DNA from: an uncultured Candidatus Bathyarchaeia archaeon
GTDB lineage: Archaea > Thermoproteota > Bathyarchaeia > TCS64
Reading direction: 5' to 3'
Assembly (NCBI GenBank): GCA_964589605.1
Contig: CAZPRN010000003.1
Span: 135,733-199,732, forward strand
DNA length: 64,000 nt
Shown piece by piece: positions 36,223 to 44,728 of this stretch (position 1 is its first letter; every line of letters begins with the position of its first letter). Made by a program: the position numbers and the translations under genes. Below the pieces are notes generated by a model. That model had not been told where the DNA came from. It did not search any database and saw only the letters and a program-made list of their open reading frames with translations.

Positions 36223-38037
36223 TTATGTTATTTTAACACTATTTTCTAAAATACTCAGGACATCACTAATATCATTTAATACATAGTCTGGCTCCACGTT
36301 AGATTCTTCTTTCCAAACATGCCCATACTTAGCATGTGCTGTAGTAAATCCAGATTTTTTAGCAGGTTCAACATCTCTAGTAAGTGAATCTCCAATTACA
36401 AGAATCTGTTTTTCTGTTAAATCTGGAATATCTTTTTTGAGTTTTCTAAATGCAAATCTGATAGGTAAACCACCAGATTTGGGGCAACCTGTTGTGTTAA
36501 ACCCTATTAAAAATTTGAAATATTTCTCGATCCCCATCGCCATAAGGCGTTGATATGCCTTTGTGTTCGGTGCGTCTGTAACAATTGCTAAGAATATTCC
36601 TATTTTTTCTAACTCTTGTAATGTATTTTCAACATTTGGGTATGGTACAAGATTTTTCGCTTTCAATAACCGGGTTTCATCTAGTACAACAAGCCTCTTT
36701 AGTTGATTCGTTTCGGGCCAATCAGATACTTCATCAAATATCTTCTGCAAACGATCTGTTATATCGGCACGACCATGTGTGTGAACTATACTCAGGTTTC
36801 TATGATCTCTTAACCGGTCAGAAAGAGTCCCATGAGGATCGAAAATAACAACCTCAACATCTTTCTCAAGTGCTTCTTTAACGAGTATTAAGGAAAAAAA
36901 CGATTTTCCTGTTCGTGTTTTCCCAAATATAATGGCGTGACTCGTAAGTATGTCCAAAGGAAAATAGATACGAGATTTAGTAACTTTCTTTTTCACAACA
37001 GAACGAATGACATATCCCAAGAATGCGCTTTTAGGACCATCAATGGATACCTCCTTGGTTGGAATATGGATTCTTTCTTCGATAGTTTCCTCAGTTGGGA
37101 GGTTTAGCGCGGTGGTGAACATTTTCCTTAGGCCGATTCCGATGTCTTTATCGGATTTGAATCCCGCTGCATCTGTAGCTAAAGCTAGACCAAAATACTT
37201 CTTATGTTCTGGAAAAAATGGATACAACTCAGGATTAAAAACAATAACTGGGTCTTTGACATCCGAACAACTCACAAAATAAGTCTTTGAGATCTCCATT
37301 TTCGCGCTGTATTTTCTTCTCTTGATCTCATCAACACAATCGCGGAGATTATCTTTTGGAGTTGTGTAAACATAGAAGAAAAGAGCAGCTGCAAACAATT
37401 TTTCCTTAATAATAAAATACGGTTTCAAATAATCCTGCATCTGGGATTCCAAGGTTTTTACTGAGTTCATGAATTTTCGTGCATAATCTTCCTCTTCTTT
37501 CATTTGTTTTGGGAGAAACTTTGGAAATGGACCACCAAATGTCCCTTGTTGGCCCTTCAAATCTCGTTTAACTTTTTCAGCTTTGTTTTTATGAAACTCG
37601 AAGTTTCGATTAGCCCAATTTCTGCGCCCTTCTAACTTTTCTGGAATATCAGATTCTAAGGTAAATGGTAGATCACTTGTAGTAACTAACACCGCTTTAA
37701 ACAAAGGAGTCCTTGAAAGATGATCTAGGATTCCAGATACTGCACGCCATTGAATGTCTTTTTCAAAACTAAGTCCAAATCTTCTAATGTAGCTCTCTCT
37801 ATTCGTGACCTCTTTCGCGGCCAAGCAAGCTATACCTACATACTTTCCGTCTCTGTGAAGCACACCAATACCGTTTTTCTCGTCCCAATATTGAATGAGA
37901 TTAGAAGAATATTTCACAAGACCTGGAATTACCTCTGCGCCCCTCTGTGTGTGCCCGCCCCAGCTCCCTTCTCCGTACCTCTGTTCAAAGGCCCATCTTT
38001 TCCACTTATTATAGTCATCATAATGGTCCTCAGCCAT
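36223..38037 (-). CDS. 604-aa protein: unknown N-terminal region + P-loop segment + HAD-like C-terminal domain
   Basis: FGKTRTGKSFFSL (Walker A) and VVIFDPHGT (HerA/DUF87-like). Then VVLDETR followed by LAIVTDAP, ..PKSG.. and VIGDSLTRDV (HAD motifs II-IV). Confidence 0.65.
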   Translation of the reverse strand: MAEDHYDDYNKWKRWAFEQRYGEGSWGGHTQRGAEVIPGLVKYSSNLIQYWDEKNGIGVLHRDGKYVGIACLAAKEVTNRESYIRRFGLSFEKDIQWRAVSGILDHLSRTPLFKAVLVTTSDLPFTLESDIPEKLEGRRNWANRNFEFHKNKAEKVKRDLKGQQGTFGGPFPKFLPKQMKEEEDYARKFMNSVKTLESQMQDYLKPYFIIKEKLFAAALFFYVYTTPKDNLRDCVDEIKRRKYSAKMEISKTYFVSCSDVKDPVIVFNPELYPFFPEHKKYFGLALATDAAGFKSDKDIGIGLRKMFTTALNLPTEETIEERIHIPTKEVSIDGPKSAFLGYVIRSVVKKKVTKSRIYFPLDILTSHAIIFGKTRTGKSFFSLILVKEALEKDVEVVIFDPHGTLSDRLRDHRNLSIVHTHGRADITDRLQKIFDEVSDWPETNQLKRLVVLDETRLLKAKNLVPYPNVENTLQELEKIGIFLAIVTDAPNTKAYQRLMAMGIEKYFKFLIGFNTTGCPKSGGLPIRFAFRKLKKDIPDLTEKQILVIGDSLTRDVEPAKKSGFTTAHAKYGHVWKEESNVEPDYVLNDISDVLSILENSVKIT

Positions 38038-38232
38038 AAAATCACGATCTTGAGGTCCTATTGTACAAAAAAGCCTGCGTTTCGAGTGAGAGACAGGAAA
38101 GTGAGATGAACTATATTACGGAATATCATCATTCATTCTCTTTTTTCCTGAACCTTTTTCCCAATACCCCCTTTTCCTTTTCATTCATAGAAAAAGGTTC
38201 TAAAATGGAAACAGATCATCGTCTTCATCTTC

Positions 38233-38388
38233 CTAGTGGTCTTGGGTTCCGTCACCGGTGTTCTCCCAGACATCTACAACATGGCCACATTTCTCACAGA
38301 GGCCTAATCCATTATTCCAAAGTATTTTCCAGGCATCAAAACCTTTGTCGCTTCTATATTCTTTGCATTTTATACAAAATCCTCTCAT
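38233..38388 (-). CDS. Small 4-Cys zinc-ribbon protein (51 aa, below the ORF-track cutoff)
   Basis: Manual translation gives MRGFCIKCKEYRSDKGFDAWKILWNNGLGLCEKCGHVVDVWENTGDGTQDH with CxxC..CxxC. It is divergent from orc1/cdc6. Confidence 0.4.
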   Translation of the reverse strand: MRGFCIKCKEYRSDKGFDAWKILWNNGLGLCEKCGHVVDVWENTGDGTQDH

Positions 38389-38436
38389 GATACTGATTCT
38401 ACCTTCTCTAACGGAATAAGGTCACGAACAGACAGG

Positions 38437-38460
38437 ATTCCGTTATATATTCCGTTATAT
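38437..38460 (+). repeat. Perfect tandem 2 x 12 bp ATTCCGTTATAT upstream of orc1/cdc6
   Basis: Read directly. An inverted related copy TAACGGAATA lies at 38409-38418 and ATATTACGGAATAT at 38113-38126. Confidence 0.85.
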
Positions 38461-38515
38461 ATCGGAGAACTGCGCTTCAATAACATTCTTTTTAATATAA
38501 AGTCTAAAGTAAAAT

Positions 38516-39481
38516 ATGTGTGCAGACACAACGATAATCGTAGACTCGGACGCTTTTGTTAAAGCAACGTCTCCAAGAAAATTACGTCATAGAGACAAGG
38601 AGAGATCCGAATTATTATCGGGAATGAGAAATTTCGCAAATACTATTCTGGTTGGGGAGTATGGTTCTGGAAAAACGGTTCTGATAAAAACAGTTATGAA
38701 AGAATACAATGATCTCCGAGAAGGCCGGGCAGTCTACATAAACTGCGCAATCTACAGGACCACATACAGTATATTAAAAGAAGTCTTGCCAAAAGGGGAC
38801 CTCATAGTTTATCGAAGTAACTATGAGTTAATTCGAGAACTAAGGAAATACATCAAGGGAAATAAGACCGTCATTGTCCTTGATAATTTCGATCAACTCA
38901 AAGACATGAATCTAATTTCCAGGTTTATGAGTCTAGGAGTCTGTGTTTTCCTACTAACAGACAGTGAGGAGGGTCTTGCTGGGTTGGATACGAATATTCG
39001 TTCCAATATTTCGACGACCTTGGTATTACCAAAATATACTGTAGATCAGACTTTAGATATTCTCAAAACAGTAGCCAGCAAAGCCCTATCAAAGGTTAGT
39101 TTTACTAACGAAATACTCGAAGAGATAGCGAAGAAGACAGAGGGTAATGTAACCTTGGCTCTCAACGTTTTGAAAGCTGCTGCAATGAAGGCTGAGAGTG
39201 AGAAACAGGGGAAAATTGAGAAAAATGACATCAAAGTCGAAGAAGATATTCCTGTAAATGTGTTGAATATTGATCAAAAAATAATAATCGATCTAATGAG
39301 AGAGTGGAAACATCTTCCAGCGAGTCGATTATATCAACTGTATTTGGAAAGAATCACTCATCCTAAAGGGGAAAGGGCGTTCCGAAACTATGTCCATGAG
39401 CTATGTATCAAAGGGGTATTGAAAGCAATTGGAGATAAGAAAGGAAGATTCTACGAGTATATTGAAGATGAAGTAGAGTAA
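38516..39481 (+). CDS. Orc1/Cdc6-family AAA+ initiator-like protein
   Basis: LVGEYGSGKT (Walker A), VIVLDNFDQL (Walker B), YINCAIYRTTYSIL and a C-terminal wHTH (HELCIKGVLKAIGDKKGRFYEY). Confidence 0.8.
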   Translation: MCADTTIIVDSDAFVKATSPRKLRHRDKERSELLSGMRNFANTILVGEYGSGKTVLIKTVMKEYNDLREGRAVYINCAIYRTTYSILKEVLPKGDLIVYRSNYELIRELRKYIKGNKTVIVLDNFDQLKDMNLISRFMSLGVCVFLLTDSEEGLAGLDTNIRSNISTTLVLPKYTVDQTLDILKTVASKALSKVSFTNEILEEIAKKTEGNVTLALNVLKAAAMKAESEKQGKIEKNDIKVEEDIPVNVLNIDQKIIIDLMREWKHLPASRLYQLYLERITHPKGERAFRNYVHELCIKGVLKAIGDKKGRFYEYIEDEVE

Positions 39482-39540
39482 TTTTTACTAATTCGATTAA
39501 CATGAAATTCAGAAAAAGTTAGACTGATTTATCTCTAAAT

Positions 39541-40680
39541 TTATACTTGTTGAACAGTTTCGGTTACAAATGTGTTTGTGGTGTTACAGTTTTGTCCTAC
39601 CCTTTTTTCTAACTTCAAATCAATACGTAAACCACACTGATAACAAAATCTTGATCCAGGTACATTTTCAGAATCACATTTTGGACAAATAATAGGTATT
39701 AACATGTTTTTACGAGTCTTTTCAACAGGTTTTTTTCCAGTTAATATACTATGAGCCTCATCAACGTCAGCTTCCTCCATATGAAAGTAGAATTTTGGCA
39801 TATCAGAATCTTCTGTCCATCCAGCAGTCTTTAATAACAACGGATAGGGCAATTGATTTTTCAGCGGATCAATTCGAGAATGCCGGATTAGATATGGCCA
39901 TACATTTTTCTTTATCCCCGCTCGCTTAGCACTTTCCTTAATTATTCCCCTTGCCGATGAATATGCCAATCGTTTTACCTTTTTTTTATTTAATACTGTC
40001 CAAAGTGGTGCATCAGGGTTGTCGGGATCTGGATGATATTCAAGCCAAGAGGTTAACAAAGGTGTAGATATCACAATTCTTGCTGGTGCTCTACCCACCT
40101 TTCCATCAACGTTTAATCGTACTCCCATTTCATCAAACTCTAAATCACCGATGTTCAAGTTTAGAATTTCACCAAATCGTCTCACAGACTCATAATAAAC
40201 CCAAATAAAGGCTCTATCTCTTGGATGTCTAGTGTGCTTGGCCATTTGTTCTATGTCTTCAACAGTTAGAAGGTCTTTTTTACGGATTCTACTTTTGACG
40301 GAACGCTTTACTTTTATCCATTTTACTTGCGCGGGATAGCCGTCCTCACATTCATGAAACCACTTGAAAAAACGTTTTATAACAAGCCTAAAATCTCGTT
40401 TTGTCCATTCCGAATAGGTACTGTTCTCAATGGATGCAATAAAATCAATAACATCTTCCTTTGTAACGTTAGAGAAATCTTTTCCTAATTTCCTTGAAAT
40501 GATCCTGAGGGTTGTTAGATATTTAATTTGTCTAGCAATCCCTACACCCTGTGCAATTATTTCTCGGTGGAATCTAAGAACAGTAACTCGATTCGCTTCA
40601 ACTGTTATTTTTGTATTTACATTTTTAATTTCATTTTCCAATCTTCTTGGATAATTATATACTTCGATGGCATTGTTCAT
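39541..40680 (-). CDS. Tyrosine recombinase/integrase with C-terminal zinc ribbon
   Basis: RDRAFIWVYYESVRRFGEILNL (Arg I), YLIRHSRI (HxxR), PKFYFH (Tyr). C-terminal CPKCDSEN..FCYQCG. The gene is uninterrupted. Confidence 0.8.
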   Translation of the reverse strand: MNNAIEVYNYPRRLENEIKNVNTKITVEANRVTVLRFHREIIAQGVGIARQIKYLTTLRIISRKLGKDFSNVTKEDVIDFIASIENSTYSEWTKRDFRLVIKRFFKWFHECEDGYPAQVKWIKVKRSVKSRIRKKDLLTVEDIEQMAKHTRHPRDRAFIWVYYESVRRFGEILNLNIGDLEFDEMGVRLNVDGKVGRAPARIVISTPLLTSWLEYHPDPDNPDAPLWTVLNKKKVKRLAYSSARGIIKESAKRAGIKKNVWPYLIRHSRIDPLKNQLPYPLLLKTAGWTEDSDMPKFYFHMEEADVDEAHSILTGKKPVEKTRKNMLIPIICPKCDSENVPGSRFCYQCGLRIDLKLEKRVGQNCNTTNTFVTETVQQV

Positions 40681-40735
40681 TTAAACACTTTAATTAATTT
40701 AAAGTTCAGAGGAAAATTCGTCACGGAGAGATGGA

Positions 40736-40780
40736 ATTCCATTATTCCATAAGCTGCCTCTTTTTTCGGAATAATGGAAT
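40736..40780. repeat. 13-bp perfect inverted repeat ATTCCATTATTCC / GGAATAATGGAAT with a 19-bp spacer, upstream of the integrase
   Basis: Read directly. It overlaps a 12-bp palindrome ATGGAATTCCAT at 40731-40742. More TTCCATT copies lie at about 40880, 40911 and 40933 (the last inverted). Confidence 0.85.
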
Positions 40781-41018
40781 TAACGGCAAAATTGCCCCTC
40801 GCTAAAATTTATCTTAACTGGCTGTGGGCTTTACGACGCGGTACTAATGCTCCCGGCGAGAGCTTAGTTTCAAAATAAGTTCCATTGGATGCGCACACAC
40901 GCACGTACCGTTCCATTATTTCTTCCAAACTTAATGGAAATATCGGAATCTAGTATTTTATTGATTTAGATAGTAGAATAGATCCATTCCAGTAGATCAA
41001 TTTCTATATTTTTGTACA

Positions 41019-41360
41019 TCAAATGAGTTTGACTTCGTTATTAACGATGAATATTGAAACGTCCATTTTTTCAAGGGGGAATGTAATTTGTTCAACGTAT
41101 CGTTCATATGATTTTGTGACTGCTAAAGCATACTTCTTATTATCACTTCCATCCATCGTTCGCATTAATTGGAAAATGGCGGTACCTAAATCAACGGAAA
41201 GAGCCTTTGTATCACCTTTCATTTCGATTATTAGTTGAATCCCATTTCGTTCCGCAATTATATCCGGCCCTCTCTGATGCCCGATACTTTTCGAAATAAT
41301 TCGATAACCATTAGAATTTAGATATTTTATCATTGGATCAAACATTTCATTTTCTTTCAA
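41019..41360 (-). CDS. Small PD-(D/E)xK nuclease, Hjc-like (Holliday junction resolvase-like)
   Basis: ..NGYRIISKS..GPDIIAERNGIQLIIEMKG closely parallels the Hjc core (..PDIIA..NG....IEMKS). Confidence 0.5.
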   Translation of the reverse strand: MKENEMFDPMIKYLNSNGYRIISKSIGHQRGPDIIAERNGIQLIIEMKGDTKALSVDLGTAIFQLMRTMDGSDNKKYALAVTKSYERYVEQITFPLEKMDVSIFIVNNEVKLI

Positions 41361-41436
41361 ATGAATTACCTTGTGCTAAGAATATAGATTCGAAGCTGAA
41401 AAATATAATATCTACCGCATTATTTTCTTAATAATC

Positions 41437-43464
41437 TCAGGCTTTCACCACTGAAATCCCGTTGTTTTTCTCAACTCGATAGATATGGTCTGCAAAGCTC
41501 TCTAATTCCCTTTCATGAGAAACTAGAATCACTTGTGGGCATTTGAGTTCGTTTAGTATATCTCTAACTTTGTAAAGTTGTTCCTTGCTAAATCCGTCAG
41601 TAGGTTCGTCCAAAATTAACAAGTTTGACTTCATTCCAGAGGATACTTTCTGGACAAGACTGTTCAAAGATAACCTATATGCCAGAGCGACGCTTGTTTT
41701 CTCTCCACCACTGAGATACTGAAGGTCCTGTTCGTACCCATCTTGTTCAACAATTGGTGTAAAGTCCTCATCAATCCTAGCATCTTTGGTTGTGTCCTCT
41801 ACTAATATTCCAAACCATTCTCTGAATTTTTCGTTGAACTCTTCATTAATACTGGCAAGAACACTGGTTTCAATTAAGGATATAGTGGGAATGAAATACT
41901 CTCGAATCCAAACAACATACTCATAAAGTTTTTCCGATTGCAGTTTCTTCTTTTTCTTTGTTTCAATTGTCTTAACTAACTCTACTAAAAATTGTTCAGA
42001 CTTGTTTATACTTTCTCTGAGTGCAGAGAGGTCACCTGATATCTTTTTAATAGATGCTTCTTTCTTTTTGTCCTGACCCATTAAATTCTTTATTTCCAGT
42101 TCTAATTCCTTAAGCTGTTCGTGCTTTTTCTTGGCTCCTTTCACGAAGCTTTTATCATCTTTTACTTGCACACCTAGTTCCTTAATCCGTTTTTTTGACT
42201 CAGTGATGCTATCTTGATGACCTCCAAATTGTTTTTCAAGTTTCTCCAAGTCTTCCTGAGCTTTCTCGTAATCTTTAAGTTTCTTCAGGAGCTCGTTTGC
42301 GTTCTTCTTGCTTTCTTCGAGGGCTTTTAATTCGGTCTCAAGCTTCTTTTTTTCTGATTCCTTACTTTTAACCTTGTCTTTGAATTCCTTTGGATCGGCG
42401 GGTCTATCACATGTAGGACAGGTTCCTTTCTCTTCAACGGTTTTATATTCCTCAATTTTACCATCCAAAGCGCCCTCTCGTCTTCGAAGTTTTCTATCCT
42501 CTTTGTCTATTTCTTTTATTTCAGAATCAATATCATGAGTGGTCTTTTCTGTTGGCTTTGTAATTTTCTTTAAATTATCTATCTCTATTTTGGCTTTATC
42601 AGCTTCTTTCTCAGTCTCCTCCACAACCTTATCAAGTCGGTCAATCTCTTTTTCATTAACTGTGATTTGCTTCTCGATAACAGGTATCTTCCCAGCCACT
42701 TCAGTTAGTTGTAATCTTTTTTGTCTCTTTTTCTCTATATCTGCCTGAATTTTCTCACGCTCTTTTGATTCGTCTTTTTCCTTTTTTTCAAGGGGTAAAA
42801 TTCTTTTCTTATCTTTTGTTATTTCCTTCGCTGAATCAATTTTCTTTGTTTCGTCTTCTTTTAATCCACCAGAAGCTCCCTTGAACTCTATAGCCTTCTT
42901 TTCAATCTCTTTGTAAAGTAAGGAGGCATTATCTGCTGTGATTTTGTAATCCTCAATTCTGAACGCTTTTCTAAGAGTCTGAAGTCGCTTTTCTGCATTT
43001 TCAGATATGATTGATTTCATTTCTTCTTGGGGAGTGAATATTGCATAAGTGAAAATCACACTTTTAGCACGAGGTGCTGTTGGTTCGTTAAAATTTAAAA
43101 TGTCCAAGATTTTTGGCTTCAACTCAGAAGGTGATAGTGGAAGTTTACCTTGAGAATCAGTAATATAACAACCATTGCTTGATTGAGAAACTCTGGTCCT
43201 TGCTCTTTTCAGTCTTCTTTGAACTTCATATTTTTCTCCGTCAACTGAAAAACCAAGCCTCACAATTCCATCTTTTTCACCTGTCCTCATTAGAGAATTG
43301 CCTTTAATCCCCCCAAGACCAAATAGCGCAAACTCAATGGCCATTAGTATAGTTGACTTGCCTGAACCGATATCACCTTCAAATAATGAGGTACCAGTCT
43401 GAAAATCTAATTCTAGTTCTTGGTAGCTTCTAATATTTTTCAGATATAGTGAGTTTAAGATCAT
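41437..43464 (-). CDS. rad50: Rad50/SbcC-type SMC ATPase (675 aa)
   Basis: GDIGSGKSTIL Walker A, long Lys/Glu-rich coiled coil, central CPTCDRP zinc hook, LSGGEKTSVALAYRL signature, LLILDEPTDG Walker B and VSHE. Confidence 0.9.
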   Translation of the reverse strand: MILNSLYLKNIRSYQELELDFQTGTSLFEGDIGSGKSTILMAIEFALFGLGGIKGNSLMRTGEKDGIVRLGFSVDGEKYEVQRRLKRARTRVSQSSNGCYITDSQGKLPLSPSELKPKILDILNFNEPTAPRAKSVIFTYAIFTPQEEMKSIISENAEKRLQTLRKAFRIEDYKITADNASLLYKEIEKKAIEFKGASGGLKEDETKKIDSAKEITKDKKRILPLEKKEKDESKEREKIQADIEKKRQKRLQLTEVAGKIPVIEKQITVNEKEIDRLDKVVEETEKEADKAKIEIDNLKKITKPTEKTTHDIDSEIKEIDKEDRKLRRREGALDGKIEEYKTVEEKGTCPTCDRPADPKEFKDKVKSKESEKKKLETELKALEESKKNANELLKKLKDYEKAQEDLEKLEKQFGGHQDSITESKKRIKELGVQVKDDKSFVKGAKKKHEQLKELELEIKNLMGQDKKKEASIKKISGDLSALRESINKSEQFLVELVKTIETKKKKKLQSEKLYEYVVWIREYFIPTISLIETSVLASINEEFNEKFREWFGILVEDTTKDARIDEDFTPIVEQDGYEQDLQYLSGGEKTSVALAYRLSLNSLVQKVSSGMKSNLLILDEPTDGFSKEQLYKVRDILNELKCPQVILVSHERELESFADHIYRVEKNNGISVVKA

Positions 43465-44723
43465 GAGAACACCTCATTCAATCCGAGTGATTCAAGTGCC
43501 TCTTCTAATAATCGAGTTGTGTAATCACCTTTTTTCTCATCAATCTTTATGTTTTGTCTAAGTGTTCCAAGTAATTTTTCGGCAACTTTTGCTCCTTTAT
43601 CTCCCTTAAGGTCCTTGACGGATACCGTAATATTTCCAATGTTTTCTCGTAAAAGTTTCTTCTCAATTGAAGGCACATCTTCACCCGAAACTTTCACGGC
43701 CTCAAATTCCTTCGAAGACAAACCATATTTATTAACATCAACAAACTGTGCGCCGTTTGTAAGGAGCATGTTCTTAAAGTTCCAAGTTTTTATTTCAGAG
43801 GTTTTACCACCTGAAAGTTCTCCTTTAATTTTAAGTAGAACAATTTTATCTTGAACGTCCAACTCACCGAGCTTTTTCTCAATTTCACCATTAGCTTTGA
43901 TAGAGTTTTTCCCTAATACATCGAATTCAATATACTTTAGCTTCTCCGGTCCGAATAGCTCAATGAATTTTGTGTTTTTCACCTTATCATCAAAATCAAC
44001 AATGTAAAATCCCCGTTTTTCACCTTTGGCTGTTTGTTCAAGGTCTCTTGCATAACCACTGAAAATGGGTCCAGGGAATACTATTTTGTCATATCCAGGT
44101 AATTTCTCTTCAACTCGTTGATGGATGTGCCCACCTGCATAATAATCAAATCCTTTAGGTAAGAATGAAACAGGAATTGAGTCCATAGCTGCCAAGTGAG
44201 GTGGTTTGAATTCAGTCAGACCCGCGTGAAAACAAAAGATTTTGAACCCATCCTCATTCTCTAAAGTCTCCCTGTCAAGTATCTCAAAATACGCTTTTTC
44301 TACTCCACCTTTCCTGGCGTTGATCCCAACTAATTTTGCCTTAGTTTTTTGGTCAACTACAAAATCAAGGGCGATTTTTCCTCCTTCTGCGTCTCTCCCC
44401 TGTACAACATTTTTGATTAGACCTGCGCTCTCTAGAATATTGATTATCGAGTCCGAGTTCGGATTATAATCATGACTGCCAAATATTACATAAATAGGAA
44501 TCCCGTTATCATGAACTTCTTTGAACTTCTTCACACAGTTATTCACTACACCCATGTCTGGGATTCCAATATGGAATATGTCTCCAGAAATCAGGATAAA
44601 ATCGACCTTTTCTTCAATACATCGTCCCAGAGCATCGTTAAATTTCTCACGTTCTATTATCTCAAGTGAAGGGTGTCGATTTGCCCCAAGGTGTAGGTCT
44701 GCCAAATGAGCGAATTTGAACAT
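43461..44723 (-). CDS. mre11: Mre11/SbcD-type nuclease
   Basis: FAHLADLHLG, SGDIFH, FGSHD, FCFHAG and GGHIHQ phosphoesterase motifs. ATGA overlap with rad50. Confidence 0.85.
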   Translation of the reverse strand: MFKFAHLADLHLGANRHPSLEIIEREKFNDALGRCIEEKVDFILISGDIFHIGIPDMGVVNNCVKKFKEVHDNGIPIYVIFGSHDYNPNSDSIINILESAGLIKNVVQGRDAEGGKIALDFVVDQKTKAKLVGINARKGGVEKAYFEILDRETLENEDGFKIFCFHAGLTEFKPPHLAAMDSIPVSFLPKGFDYYAGGHIHQRVEEKLPGYDKIVFPGPIFSGYARDLEQTAKGEKRGFYIVDFDDKVKNTKFIELFGPEKLKYIEFDVLGKNSIKANGEIEKKLGELDVQDKIVLLKIKGELSGGKTSEIKTWNFKNMLLTNGAQFVDVNKYGLSSKEFEAVKVSGEDVPSIEKKLLRENIGNITVSVKDLKGDKGAKVAEKLLGTLRQNIKIDEKKGDYTTRLLEEALESLGLNEVFS

Positions 44724-44728
44724 TTATT

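Noticed and set aside
38061-38390. 109-aa plus-strand ORF in the orc1 upstream region
   Set aside because: The sequence is implausible (FSFFLNLFPNTPFSFSF, His/Arg-rich runs). The opposite strand holds a cleaner 4-Cys mini-ORF, and the remainder is repeat-bearing intergenic DNA.
38437-38460. Possible CRISPR-like repeat
   Set aside because: There are only two 12-bp units with no spacers, far too short and too few for a CRISPR array. It is interpreted as a protein-binding site cluster instead. No CRISPR array was seen anywhere in the window.
41437-43464. Rad50-like gene as an SMC-type defence ATPase (Lamassu LmuB / Wadjet JetC-like) rather than Rad50
   Set aside because: It has a CxxC zinc hook mid-coiled-coil and is translationally coupled to a bona fide Mre11-type phosphoesterase, with HerA and NurA upstream. 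This fits the canonical Mre11-Rad50 partnership. A defence role remains only a hypothesis at the cassette level.
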